NCBI GenBank assembly: GCA_029936675.1
Contig: JAPYSB010000005.1
Coordinates: 12,104-76,103 of the forward strand
Length of the DNA: 64,000 nt
Direction of reading: 5' to 3'
From: Dehalococcoidia bacterium
Lineage (GTDB): Bacteria > Chloroflexota > Dehalococcoidia > Lucifugimonadales > UBA826
Position numbers and translations under genes: made by a program
Notes under the pieces: model-generated
What the model was told of the DNA's origin: nothing
Databases searched by the model: none
Seen by the model: the letters and a program-made list of their open reading frames with translations, nothing else
In this document: piece by piece, positions 9,405-18,930 of the stretch
Position numbering within the stretch: position 1 is the stretch's first letter
How the letters are laid out: each line of letters begins with the position of its first letter

Positions 9405-11813
9405 ATGGCGCCTTTCTCTAATCTAAAAGTGTTGGATTTGGCCGCAGATTTTGCGGGAAGCTTTTGTACCCGTCTTCTTGGTGATTTTGGTGCCTCTGTA
9501 AAAAAAATTGTTATCAACGATCGAGAAGATCGTTCATCATCATATGGGCCATTCATAAATGATGACCGGGTTCCCAAATCAAGTGCCATGTTCCACTTCA
9601 TGAATTACAACAAACAGGTTGTATCAATTTCTAGCCAATCCGATACCATTCGAGAATTAGCCTTGTCGGCAGATTTATTAGTCGAGGATTTTTCAAATAA
9701 GGAATTGCGGACGTTGGGGCTGAATTTTGCAAATATACGTGATTTAAACCCAGACATCATCATTTGTTCTATGAGTCCATTTGGAAGAGGAACTAAATGG
9801 GAGGAAAAACCATGGAGCGATTTAACGATCCAGGCCATGACAGGGATGTGCAGTGTAAATGGAGACCAAGGGAAATCTCCATTGAAGGAGCCCGGAACAG
9901 AAAGTGAATTTATTACAGGAGCAAACGCTTTTGTAGCCTCGGGTGCTGCCTTAATTAATAGAGATGCCACAGGAATTGCACAGCAGGTAAATGTATCTGT
10001 TTTGAAGTCAGTTTTGCATAGCTACAGCCCATATCTCCTAGCCGCACTGCATACGGGGAATCCCAGACAGCAACAATCCCAAGGACTTCATTTTGGGCTT
10101 GTACCATGTAAAGATGGATACGTGTCACTTAGTGTCCGCCATGAACCTACATGGGAACATATGTGGTTATTTTTTGGCGATCCCCAGTTTGCTCAAAACC
10201 CAAGGTTTGATACAGCTACCAAGAGACGTGAGAATGAAGAAGAGCTTTGTGAAATACTATTTCCAATACTTGCAAATTATTCCCGAAAGGAGCTACTCCA
10301 CGGATTAAGCCCTCTTCGGATTCTGGTTGGCATTGCAAATTCTGTGTCGGACCTACTAGAAGACGAGCATCTAAAATTTAGAAATGCTTTTGTAGAATTT
10401 GATAACGAAGGAAAATTTTGGAAAATGCCTGGGGCACCTTTTCAGATGTCACTGACACCATGGGAATTTAAAGGTGAGCTGTCTTCAAAAGATTTTTCGG
10501 TTTGGGATCACTCGGCAAACGGTATCAGTAACCCCCCCCCGAATTCTATGGGAGCACAAAGAACAAAAGGTCCTCTTTCAGGAATGAGGGGCGTTGTATT
10601 AACACAAGCCTGGGCAGGTGCTTATAGTACTCAGCTTCTTTCGGATTTAGGAATGGAAATTATACAGGTGGAGTCTGTCACTCGCATTGATCCCTGGCGG
10701 GGTGGAGTTCCCCCTAAACTAGCAGGCTTGTATCCAGAATCAGATCCAGGAGATAGACCGTGGGATAGAAATGCTCTTTATAATGGCGTGAATCGGGGTA
10801 AGAAGGCGATAACTCTTGACCTTAACCATTCAGAATCAAAAGATGCATTTATGGAATTGGTATCGATAAGTGACGTGGTTGTAGAGAACTTTTCTGGAAG
10901 GGTAATAAGTAATTTGGGGTTAGATTATGATTCCCTCAGGTCTGTAAACCCTTCAATAGTTATGGTTAGAATGCCAACTTATGGGACTAGTGGACCCTAT
11001 TCAAATTATGCTGGGAATGGTGGTACAACAGAGCCGGTGTCTGGGATGTCCTACCTTATGGGGTACCGGGACGGACCACCAATAAATTCTGGAATAATGC
11101 ACACTGATGCTTATAGCGGTGTTTTAGCGTGTGGTGCCACGATATCTGCTTTAAGAGAGAGAGTGATTTCTGGGTCAGGTCAGGAGATAGATATCTCTCA
11201 ACAGGAAGCGAGTATGACCCTTTTAGCTGAATATATTATGGAAGGCTCGATCTCGGGGACCTCCCCCATGAGACAAGGCAATAGCAACAGAGACTATGCA
11301 CCTCAGGGGTGCTACCGTGCAAAGGATTCTATCTGGGTAGCTATCTCTGTAAAAACGAATGATCACTGGAGGTCTTTTTGCCGATCTTTAGGGTTGGAGG
11401 ATTTATTTGCCAAGGACGATTATGCGACCAAAGATTCCAGAATAAGAAATGCAATTCAATTGGATAGGGAGATATCTCAATGTATTAGTAAATATGTGTC
11501 TGAGAATGTTGTTCAAAAATTACAGATCGCGTTGGTGCCATGTGAGAAAATTTTGACTTTATTAGAAGCCGCAGAAAATAATGACTTTCACGAAATGAAA
11601 TTATTTGAAAAAATAACTCACCCTGAGTCAGGAAGTTTTGATTACCCGGTACCTCCATGGGATTTTGAATCTACACCGGTCCAACCTCAAGAACCAGCCC
11701 CTACATTAGGCCAACACTCTGAAGAAGTGTTTAGAGACCTCAACGGGTGGTCTGAAAGTGAAATAATACGATTTAAAAACCTTCAATTAACAGGAACGGA
11801 CCCTTTAATTTAA
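9405..11813 (+). CDS. Tandem-fused double family III CoA-transferase (two complete CaiB/BaiF domains)
   Basis: 802 aa. Domain 1 covers about aa 1-370 ('LKVLDLAADFAGSFCTRLLGDFGASV'). Domain 2 covers about aa 390-802 ('VVLTQAWAGAYSTQLLSDLGMEIIQVES', 'NRGKKA'). The linker is '..ANGISNPPPNSMGAQRTKG..'. Confidence 0.85.
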   Translation: MAPFSNLKVLDLAADFAGSFCTRLLGDFGASVKKIVINDREDRSSSYGPFINDDRVPKSSAMFHFMNYNKQVVSISSQSDTIRELALSADLLVEDFSNKELRTLGLNFANIRDLNPDIIICSMSPFGRGTKWEEKPWSDLTIQAMTGMCSVNGDQGKSPLKEPGTESEFITGANAFVASGAALINRDATGIAQQVNVSVLKSVLHSYSPYLLAALHTGNPRQQQSQGLHFGLVPCKDGYVSLSVRHEPTWEHMWLFFGDPQFAQNPRFDTATKRRENEEELCEILFPILANYSRKELLHGLSPLRILVGIANSVSDLLEDEHLKFRNAFVEFDNEGKFWKMPGAPFQMSLTPWEFKGELSSKDFSVWDHSANGISNPPPNSMGAQRTKGPLSGMRGVVLTQAWAGAYSTQLLSDLGMEIIQVESVTRIDPWRGGVPPKLAGLYPESDPGDRPWDRNALYNGVNRGKKAITLDLNHSESKDAFMELVSISDVVVENFSGRVISNLGLDYDSLRSVNPSIVMVRMPTYGTSGPYSNYAGNGGTTEPVSGMSYLMGYRDGPPINSGIMHTDAYSGVLACGATISALRERVISGSGQEIDISQQEASMTLLAEYIMEGSISGTSPMRQGNSNRDYAPQGCYRAKDSIWVAISVKTNDHWRSFCRSLGLEDLFAKDDYATKDSRIRNAIQLDREISQCISKYVSENVVQKLQIALVPCEKILTLLEAAENNDFHEMKLFEKITHPESGSFDYPVPPWDFESTPVQPQEPAPTLGQHSEEVFRDLNGWSESEIIRFKNLQLTGTDPLI

Positions 11814-11818
11814 TATAC

Positions 11819-13033
11819 TTGATTGAAATGACTCAAAAACAAATAGTAAATACACAAATTAGCGAGATTATTTCTAAGGCTTCGGAATTTTTAGAACTTA
11901 CTGATAAAGAAGTTCTCTCACTGGGTAACTATTCAGAAGATCACATAGATGATCTATGCCGTGCTGCATCTAGCATCAGAGATTACGGGAAAGGAAGAAC
12001 AGTCACTTTTTCTCCTAAAGTTTTCATTCCATTGACGAGACTGTGTCGTGATTACTGTGGGTATTGCACGTTTAGGGTAGACCCTGATCAGACAGAAAAT
12101 CTATATATGAGCCCCGCAGAAGTGCTGAATGTGGCAAAGGCGGGAGAAAATTTGGGGTGTACAGAGGCTTTATTTACTCTTGGGGAACGACCAGAATTAA
12201 AGTATGTCGAAGCCAAGAAATGGCTTTCACTTCATGGTTATGACAGCACCTTGGACTATTTGAGCGCTATGACAGAACTGGTAGTGAAAGAGACGAAACT
12301 TTTACCTCACGCCAATCCGGGAACAATGACTCACAGAGAGCTAAACACTTTGAAAGATTCAAACCCCTCAACCGGATTAATGTTGGAAAGTACCAGTGAA
12401 CTTCTTTATCAGGTCGGAGGGCCTCATGAATTTGCCCCAAGTAAGAGGCCGATTGTGAGGTTAAAAACAATTTCGATAGCTGGGGAATTGCGAATTCCAT
12501 TTACCACCGGTTTGCTTATAGGTATAGGGGAAACTATGACAGATAGAATGGAGTCTCTGTTAGAAATTAGGAATATACAGCGAAAGTTTCATCACATACA
12601 GGAGGTAATAATTCAAAATTTTAGAGCGAAGCCAGAGACACCGATGGCAGAATCTCCCGATGCTGAAACTACAGAAATGCTGTGGACTGTTGCTGCTGCG
12701 CGGCTTATTTTAGGCCCTAGTGCCAACATACAAGTGCCGCCAAACCTTAGTTCGGAGAACTACGAGGTTTATTTGAAGGCTGGTATAAATGACTGGGGTG
12801 GGGTTTCTCCTTTGACAATCGATTATGTTAATCCTGAAGCACCGTGGCCTCTCATAACCAACCTGAAATCAAAAACAGAGTCAGCAGGATTTGAATTGCG
12901 GCCAAGATTGGCGGTATACCCAGAGTATTTCCTTGATACTGATGAATACTTACCAGTAGACTTGCTTACAAAGGTGAGAGAATTGGCTGACGATGAAGGA
13001 TATGTAAAGGACGGTATTAACAGGTATGTCTGA
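11819..13033 (+). CDS. cofG: 7,8-didemethyl-8-hydroxy-5-deazariboflavin (FO) synthase subunit 1, radical SAM
   Basis: Radical-SAM cluster motif 'CRDYCGYCTF', with typical CofG length and context. The start could be TTG 11819 or ATG 11828. Confidence 0.8.
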   Translation: MIEMTQKQIVNTQISEIISKASEFLELTDKEVLSLGNYSEDHIDDLCRAASSIRDYGKGRTVTFSPKVFIPLTRLCRDYCGYCTFRVDPDQTENLYMSPAEVLNVAKAGENLGCTEALFTLGERPELKYVEAKKWLSLHGYDSTLDYLSAMTELVVKETKLLPHANPGTMTHRELNTLKDSNPSTGLMLESTSELLYQVGGPHEFAPSKRPIVRLKTISIAGELRIPFTTGLLIGIGETMTDRMESLLEIRNIQRKFHHIQEVIIQNFRAKPETPMAESPDAETTEMLWTVAAARLILGPSANIQVPPNLSSENYEVYLKAGINDWGGVSPLTIDYVNPEAPWPLITNLKSKTESAGFELRPRLAVYPEYFLDTDEYLPVDLLTKVRELADDEGYVKDGINRYV

Positions 13034-14336
13034 TATTGAATCAAATGATTTAAATGTGGACTTTTCGGGTATTTTGGCTTCGATAGATCCGGAAATATCT
13101 CGTGTTTTAAAAGTTGCGATTGCCGGTGGTGATATTTCAGCGTCAGATGCCTGTCTGCTTCTGGATTCCAATGGATTAGAGTACAACGCTACAGTGTTGG
13201 TTGCCGATGTTTTGCGTAGAAGGACTGTGGGAGATGTCGTGACATATGTTGTAAATAGAAACATTAATTTCACTAATGTCTGTATAAAGAGATGTGGATT
13301 CTGCGCATTTAGTAGAGATTTCAGGCAAGAAGAAGGTTATCTATTACCAGTGGAGGAAATAGTCCGTCGATCAAAAGAGGCATGGGATTATGGAGCCACT
13401 GAGGTATGTATACAGGCAGGCCTACCACCTCAAATGGAAGGAGATTTGTACATTCGGCTATGTGAGGCAATAAAAGCTGAACTTCCAGATATTCATATTC
13501 ATGGTTTTTCCCCTGAAGAGGTTCTTTATGGATCAATCCGATCTAAGACATCCATAAGGCAACACCTTAGTGATCTTAAAGACGCAGGTGTCGGAAGTTT
13601 GCCAGGCACCTCAGCAGAGATATTGGATCAGGCCTTAAGGGATAAAATATCCCCGGGCCGTATAACTAAAGATCAATGGATCGAGGTCATAACGACAGCC
13701 CATGAACTGGGTATACAAACTACATCTACTGTGATGTTTGGTCATGTGGAGACAAATCTGCAAATTGCCGAACATATTGATATTATTCGGAACATACAGA
13801 TGGAAACGGGCGGGTTTACAGAATTCGTACCGTTGAGTTTTGTGAACTCTGAAGCCCCTATGTTTCTTAAAGGGTTAATCCCTAATGTTAGAACTGGACC
13901 TACCGGTATGGATGTGGTGAAGGTCCATGCTGTCGCGAGAATCATGTTGAATAATTGGATTCCAAACATTCAGGCCTCTTGGGTTAAAGAGGGAGACCGA
14001 ATTTCTCAATTACTACTTACCGCAGGGGTAAATGATTTGGGGGGTACTTTAATTAACGAAAGTATTTCTACATCCGCAGGGGCTCAACACGGTCAGTTAA
14101 TGAAGCCTTCCCAGTTCAGAGACATGATACGGGATGCAGGAAGGCTACCGGCAGAAAGATTCACAAATTATAGTTTGAGAAAGGTATATGACAAGTCGGA
14201 TAACGAGAAAGATCCGTTAGATCTACTGGAAGATAACGTAGAGGAAATATTTGGTTCGTACAATAAGCTCATTGAGATGGAAAATTTCCGATTTGAGCAC
14301 CCACGAAAGGTCGCCGAAAGAACTGCTGGTGTATGA
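13026..14336 (+). CDS. cofH: FO synthase subunit 2, radical SAM
   Basis: Radical-SAM motif 'CIKRCGFCAF'. It is paralogous to the preceding gene and overlaps cofG by 8 nt, which suggests translational coupling. Confidence 0.8.
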   Translation: MSDIESNDLNVDFSGILASIDPEISRVLKVAIAGGDISASDACLLLDSNGLEYNATVLVADVLRRRTVGDVVTYVVNRNINFTNVCIKRCGFCAFSRDFRQEEGYLLPVEEIVRRSKEAWDYGATEVCIQAGLPPQMEGDLYIRLCEAIKAELPDIHIHGFSPEEVLYGSIRSKTSIRQHLSDLKDAGVGSLPGTSAEILDQALRDKISPGRITKDQWIEVITTAHELGIQTTSTVMFGHVETNLQIAEHIDIIRNIQMETGGFTEFVPLSFVNSEAPMFLKGLIPNVRTGPTGMDVVKVHAVARIMLNNWIPNIQASWVKEGDRISQLLLTAGVNDLGGTLINESISTSAGAQHGQLMKPSQFRDMIRDAGRLPAERFTNYSLRKVYDKSDNEKDPLDLLEDNVEEIFGSYNKLIEMENFRFEHPRKVAERTAGV

Positions 14337-14352
14337 CGATAGGTTAATTGGA

Positions 14353-14916
14353 TTAATGCGGTTGCGCAATTTTCAATAGATGTGCGTGCTTCTCCCTTAA
14401 CTTCATCACCTTTGGTGCAATTATGAACTGACAGTAAGGTTGGTAAGGATTGTTTTTGAAGAATGATTGATGGTAATTCTCACCTTCATAGAATTCTGAG
14501 GCATCGGTCACTTCTGTCACGATTGGATCAGGGAATACTTTCTCATCATTTAGATATTTTATCGACTGTTCAGCGAATTTTTTCTGAGTATCATTGTGAT
14601 AGAAAATTGCAGATCTGTATTGAGTTCCCACATCAGCGCCTTGCCTGTTTAGTGTCGTTGGATCATGGTAACTGAAGAAAATCTCCAGGACAGTTTGATA
14701 ATCTAATACAGTTTGATCGTAATAAACTTCGATTGCCTCTGCGTGTCCAGTGGTACCTGTGCAAATGGCTTCATAGGATGGGTTTTCAATAGTTCCCCCT
14801 ATGTAACCGGATACAACCCTATCTACTCCTTCAACTAGCTCGAAAACAGCTTCAATACACCAAAAACACCCACCTGCCAATGTAGCTTTTTCTATAGCTC
14901 TCATGCTTTTTTCCAC
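14353..14916 (-). CDS. msrA: Peptide-methionine (S)-S-oxide reductase
   Basis: Catalytic motif 'GGCFWC', followed by 'GHAEAIEV' and 'DPTTLNRQGADVGTQYRS'. Confidence 0.9.
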   Translation of the reverse strand: MEKSMRAIEKATLAGGCFWCIEAVFELVEGVDRVVSGYIGGTIENPSYEAICTGTTGHAEAIEVYYDQTVLDYQTVLEIFFSYHDPTTLNRQGADVGTQYRSAIFYHNDTQKKFAEQSIKYLNDEKVFPDPIVTEVTDASEFYEGENYHQSFFKNNPYQPYCQFIIAPKVMKLREKHAHLLKIAQPH

Positions 14917-15050
14917 CTTACAGGTATTTCAGGCTAATTCATGTTTCCTTGATTGGGATTATACCCTTATGCTAAATGATATGTATTAGGTTAGAGATTC
15001 GTGTAGGATTCTCGGATGTTCAGTAACTGTGGAGTAGGTTTAGTAGTTCC

Positions 15051-16268
15051 GTGAGGAAAATTTTAGAAAGGGCTTTTGATTCCCTAAATGTTCGAGGATT
15101 TCGCTTTATGTGGTTGGGAGATTTGGCTCTCTCAACGGCAGAATTTATGGAAATCCTGATCTTGTCTTGGTATATATTGGGTGAAACTGAGTCTCCTCTT
15201 GTTCTGGGAATTTTTGCTGCACTTAGATTTACTGGCACAGTAGTAGCGCCTTTTTTTGGGGTCATAGTCGATCGGATAGGAAGACGTCGGTTATATATAT
15301 TCGGTCGAATTTCATTTGTCATATTGTCTTCGTCGATATTTATATTAACCTTGTTTGATTTTCTAAGCGTAACAGCGGTTTTGATTTTCGCGGCCCTTGT
15401 TGGGCTTTCCCGCTCCTTAGATATGATTGTCAGACAGTCTGTGCTTCCGGTTATCGTTTCTCCATCTCAATTGCAGAACGGTGTTGCCCTTTTGAGAACT
15501 GGAAGAGATATGACACAAATCATCGGCCCAGTTTTCGGAGGGTTTCTATTGGTGTCAATTGGTGTAGGGAAAAGCTATCTTTTCATTATTATTTTGCACT
15601 TATTATCTTTGCTGTTTGTGTTCTTGATCCCGGGAGTACCTAATACGGCTATAAAAACTGCCCAATCTATGTTCGAAAACCTAAAGGGGGGATTTTCTTA
15701 TGTCAAAGTAAACCCGTTTTTGTTTGGCCTGCTTGCTGTTGCATTTATTGTTAACTTAACGGCATTTCCATTAAACAATACCCTCCTGGCAGTGATAGCA
15801 AGACAGGTGATGCATATTGATGCAGCCGGTCTAGGATGGTTGATGGGTACGTACTCTGCCGGCTCCTTACTGGGTTCATTACTTATCGGTTATTTTTCTA
15901 CTATGGATAGAGCAGGGCGGGCAATGATCATCGGTTCAATATTTTGGCACATTGGTATTCTGATAATGGCTTATATGCAATGGTTCTATGTATCCTTACC
16001 GGTTTTGTTTTTTGTAGGTATCTCGCAGTCTTTTGCAATGGTCACTATGGCTATGATGCTGTTGAAATACACTTCGGCAGAAATGCGTGGAAGGGTTCTC
16101 GGCCTTCGCCAATTAGCTGTGTATGGGTTGCCTGTAGGGGTGTTGATTTCTGGATTTATAGCGGAAAATAATGATGCATCACTTGCCTTAATTTTCAATG
16201 GGTTACTTGGTTTGTTTATACTGGTACTCGCCATTGTGAAGTGGCCTGAAATGTTGCAAAGAAGATAA
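15051..16268 (+). CDS. MFS transporter
   Basis: 405 aa with about 12 predicted hydrophobic helices. 'DRIGRRR' loop between TM2 and TM3. Confidence 0.8.
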   Translation: MRKILERAFDSLNVRGFRFMWLGDLALSTAEFMEILILSWYILGETESPLVLGIFAALRFTGTVVAPFFGVIVDRIGRRRLYIFGRISFVILSSSIFILTLFDFLSVTAVLIFAALVGLSRSLDMIVRQSVLPVIVSPSQLQNGVALLRTGRDMTQIIGPVFGGFLLVSIGVGKSYLFIIILHLLSLLFVFLIPGVPNTAIKTAQSMFENLKGGFSYVKVNPFLFGLLAVAFIVNLTAFPLNNTLLAVIARQVMHIDAAGLGWLMGTYSAGSLLGSLLIGYFSTMDRAGRAMIIGSIFWHIGILIMAYMQWFYVSLPVLFFVGISQSFAMVTMAMMLLKYTSAEMRGRVLGLRQLAVYGLPVGVLISGFIAENNDASLALIFNGLLGLFILVLAIVKWPEMLQRR

Positions 16269-16289
16269 TTTCTTTTAAGGACTGAAAAT

Positions 16290-16808
16290 ATGACACCTGA
16301 AGAAGAGAGAGTTAGAGAATACCTCATTTCACAAGGTGAAAAATATCCCTTTAAAGAGCTATGGGTAAGATCAATAGCGGCTCGTCTAGAACTCATAAAA
16401 GAAGTATCAGAGGTAAATCAAAAGCAAGCTGACTTTTCTTTTGATAGTGATGAATGGACTATTTCAGAAATTCTAGAACATGTTGTGACAAGTACATATA
16501 GAGTGACTAATTTGATATCGGAACTCGCCCTTGGAATTACTGGAGATTCTTCTAATATTGACCCTCCAAGGAAGATGTCTAATTTAAGTATTGATGAATT
16601 GCGCAAAGGACTCTTAGACGGGGCATTCAAATGGACATCTATGACGGATAACCTTCCAGCCACCCCAAACATGGATCAAATGTCCAACCATAGTTTTTTT
16701 GGGGATCTGCACGCTGGGGGGTGGTACTTGTTTCAAAGAGTTCATGATTTAGATCATTTGAATCAGGTCAGAAATAATAAATCTCATGCAGATTATCCCA
16801 ATAACTAA
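16290..16808 (+). CDS. DinB-family (four-helix bundle, His-triad) protein
   Basis: 172 aa with His motifs 'ILEHV' and 'VHDLDHLNQV' spaced as in DinB_2-type proteins. This is motif-level evidence only. Confidence 0.5.
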   Translation: MTPEEERVREYLISQGEKYPFKELWVRSIAARLELIKEVSEVNQKQADFSFDSDEWTISEILEHVVTSTYRVTNLISELALGITGDSSNIDPPRKMSNLSIDELRKGLLDGAFKWTSMTDNLPATPNMDQMSNHSFFGDLHAGGWYLFQRVHDLDHLNQVRNNKSHADYPNN

Positions 16809-16833
16809 TACAGAAGGGTGATGGAAATTCCAT

Positions 16834-17877
16834 ATGAAAATAGCAGTACATTCATTCAACGGCGTCACCTCTGATGCTTCAGATTGGAATCAAATAGCAG
16901 AATTTGCGAGAGAGGCCGAAGCCTTAGGGGCTGATTCCATATGGACTTCGGAGGCCTGGGGGACTGATGCGATAACCCCTCTTGCATATCTGGCTGCTTC
17001 TACAACAAAAATACGTCTAGGTACAGGAATAGTACAGGTAGGAAGTCGAACTCCCGGCAATCTGGTCATGACAAGTTTGACTTTGCAATCTATGTCAGGG
17101 GGCCGGTTTATTCTTGGTTTAGGGACAAGCGGGCCTCAAGTTATTGAAGGCTGGCATGGGGTGACATTCGGTAATCCCATATTAAGAACTAAAGAACTTC
17201 TGGAGATTATTAAGATGGGCGTGGCCGGGGAAAAACTTCTATACAAGGGAAACCATTATCAATTGCCTTTGGAAGGTGGAGAAGGCAAAGCTATAAGGAC
17301 GAGTGCCAAGACTTGGGAAGTTCCTGTTTATGTGGCATCCTTGGGTCCCACCAACTTAGAAATGACGGGCGAGAAAGCCGATGGATGGATTGGGGGTTGT
17401 TTTATACCCGAAACAGGAAACGTTTTTCTAGATAAAATCAAGAAAGGAGTCCTGAGGTCCGGTAGAAATATTGAAGATATAGATATATTGATCCCAGTTT
17501 CTTTGGATTTCACCGACGAAGTCGAAGAAACGGCAAAAAAACATGCACGTGGATATGGATTTACATTTGGAGCTATGGGATCGGTAAAAAATAACTTCTA
17601 TAAGAATGCTTACGCCCGACAGGGTTATGGAGAGGTTGTGGATGTGGTCCAAAAGCTGTGGGTGGAAGGTAGGAGAGAAGAGGCTCGGGATATGGTTCCC
17701 AATGAACTTGCTTTGAAATCCAATTTAATTGGCACAGATGAAATGATCAAAGAAAGACTTTTACTCTATAAAAATTTGGGGGTCAACACACTTAAAGTTA
17801 GTTTGCCAGGTGATGATATATCAAGTAAGACTGATGCTTTGGGCAGACTGATGAACCTCGTTTCGGAACTGGGTTAG
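16834..17877 (+). CDS. LLM-class (luciferase-like) F420/flavin-dependent oxidoreductase
   Basis: 347 aa. Motifs 'ADSIWTSEAWGTDAITPLAYLAASTTKIRLGTGI' and 'GRFILGLGTSG'. Confidence 0.8.
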   Translation: MKIAVHSFNGVTSDASDWNQIAEFAREAEALGADSIWTSEAWGTDAITPLAYLAASTTKIRLGTGIVQVGSRTPGNLVMTSLTLQSMSGGRFILGLGTSGPQVIEGWHGVTFGNPILRTKELLEIIKMGVAGEKLLYKGNHYQLPLEGGEGKAIRTSAKTWEVPVYVASLGPTNLEMTGEKADGWIGGCFIPETGNVFLDKIKKGVLRSGRNIEDIDILIPVSLDFTDEVEETAKKHARGYGFTFGAMGSVKNNFYKNAYARQGYGEVVDVVQKLWVEGRREEARDMVPNELALKSNLIGTDEMIKERLLLYKNLGVNTLKVSLPGDDISSKTDALGRLMNLVSELG

Positions 17878-17882
17878 ACGAT

Positions 17883-18923
17883 ATGAAGTTAGGGCTTTTC
17901 ACACATATGTCTTGGCCCGAAGGAGTGAATCAAACTTCGGTATTCCATAATTCTGTAGAACAGGTTAGGTTGGCTGAATCCATGGGATACCATGGGGCTT
18001 GGTTCGCTGAGCACCATTTCACTCGCTACAGTATGGGTTCCTCTGTATTACTAATGCTTGGGCACTTGGCAGCAGTCACAGAGAAAATACGTTTGGGTAC
18101 CGCAGTAATTGTTCCAAATTTACATAATCCTATCAGGATTGCCGAAGATTCCGCCCTTGTAGATCTCTTAAGTAGGGGACGTTTAGATGTTGGCTTCGGT
18201 AGAGGTACATATGGGTATGAATATGGTGGGTTTGGGGTACCCGCTGAAGATACTCAGTCTAGGTTTAGAGAGACCGTGCTAGCAGTAAGGGATTTGTGGT
18301 GTGATAAAGATGTAAGTGTCGACAGCCCTTTCTTTTCTGTTCGTAACGTGGATTTAGTTCCGTCTGTTGTTCAATCACCTCATCCACCTATATATATAGC
18401 TGCAACGAGGTCTGAGGAAACTTTGGATTTTATGATTTCAAACCAGTTTCTTTTGTGTATAGCGGTTGTTCAAGATACAGATGCCGCTCTTGCTTTGGTA
18501 GGAAAATACAGGAAGTTATGTCATCAGAAGGACCAACCTGATCATATGGATGGTGTTCCATTTTTTCGATATGTTCATGTGGCTGAAACCGAGGGAAGAG
18601 CGCTTGAAAACACCAAGAAACATGTAGATTGGATACAGGATATTATGCAGTGGCGCAGGAACCTAGTGGATGCTACCGAGGTTCATTTACCAATGCAAAA
18701 ATGGAGGAGTGAGCGAACCGAGTTACCACCAGATAATCAATATATCTCTGAAAAAAGAGCATTTATAGGAACACCTGAAGCCGTTGCTGAAAAAATTATG
18801 ATGCTAAAAGATCACGGAGTTTCGTATTTTGGATGCAATTTTGCGATGGGAGGCCTCTCACAAGAACAAGTAATTCAGTCTATGAAGTTGTTTGAAAAGA
18901 AAGTAATGCCTTTAATTTCTTGA
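17883..18923 (+). CDS. LLM-class flavin-dependent monooxygenase/oxidoreductase
   Basis: 346 aa. Motifs 'GAWFAEHHFTRYSMGSS..LGHLAAVTEKIRLGTAV' and 'GRLDVGFGRG'. Confidence 0.8.
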   Translation: MKLGLFTHMSWPEGVNQTSVFHNSVEQVRLAESMGYHGAWFAEHHFTRYSMGSSVLLMLGHLAAVTEKIRLGTAVIVPNLHNPIRIAEDSALVDLLSRGRLDVGFGRGTYGYEYGGFGVPAEDTQSRFRETVLAVRDLWCDKDVSVDSPFFSVRNVDLVPSVVQSPHPPIYIAATRSEETLDFMISNQFLLCIAVVQDTDAALALVGKYRKLCHQKDQPDHMDGVPFFRYVHVAETEGRALENTKKHVDWIQDIMQWRRNLVDATEVHLPMQKWRSERTELPPDNQYISEKRAFIGTPEAVAEKIMMLKDHGVSYFGCNFAMGGLSQEQVIQSMKLFEKKVMPLIS

Positions 18924-18930
18924 ACAATGA

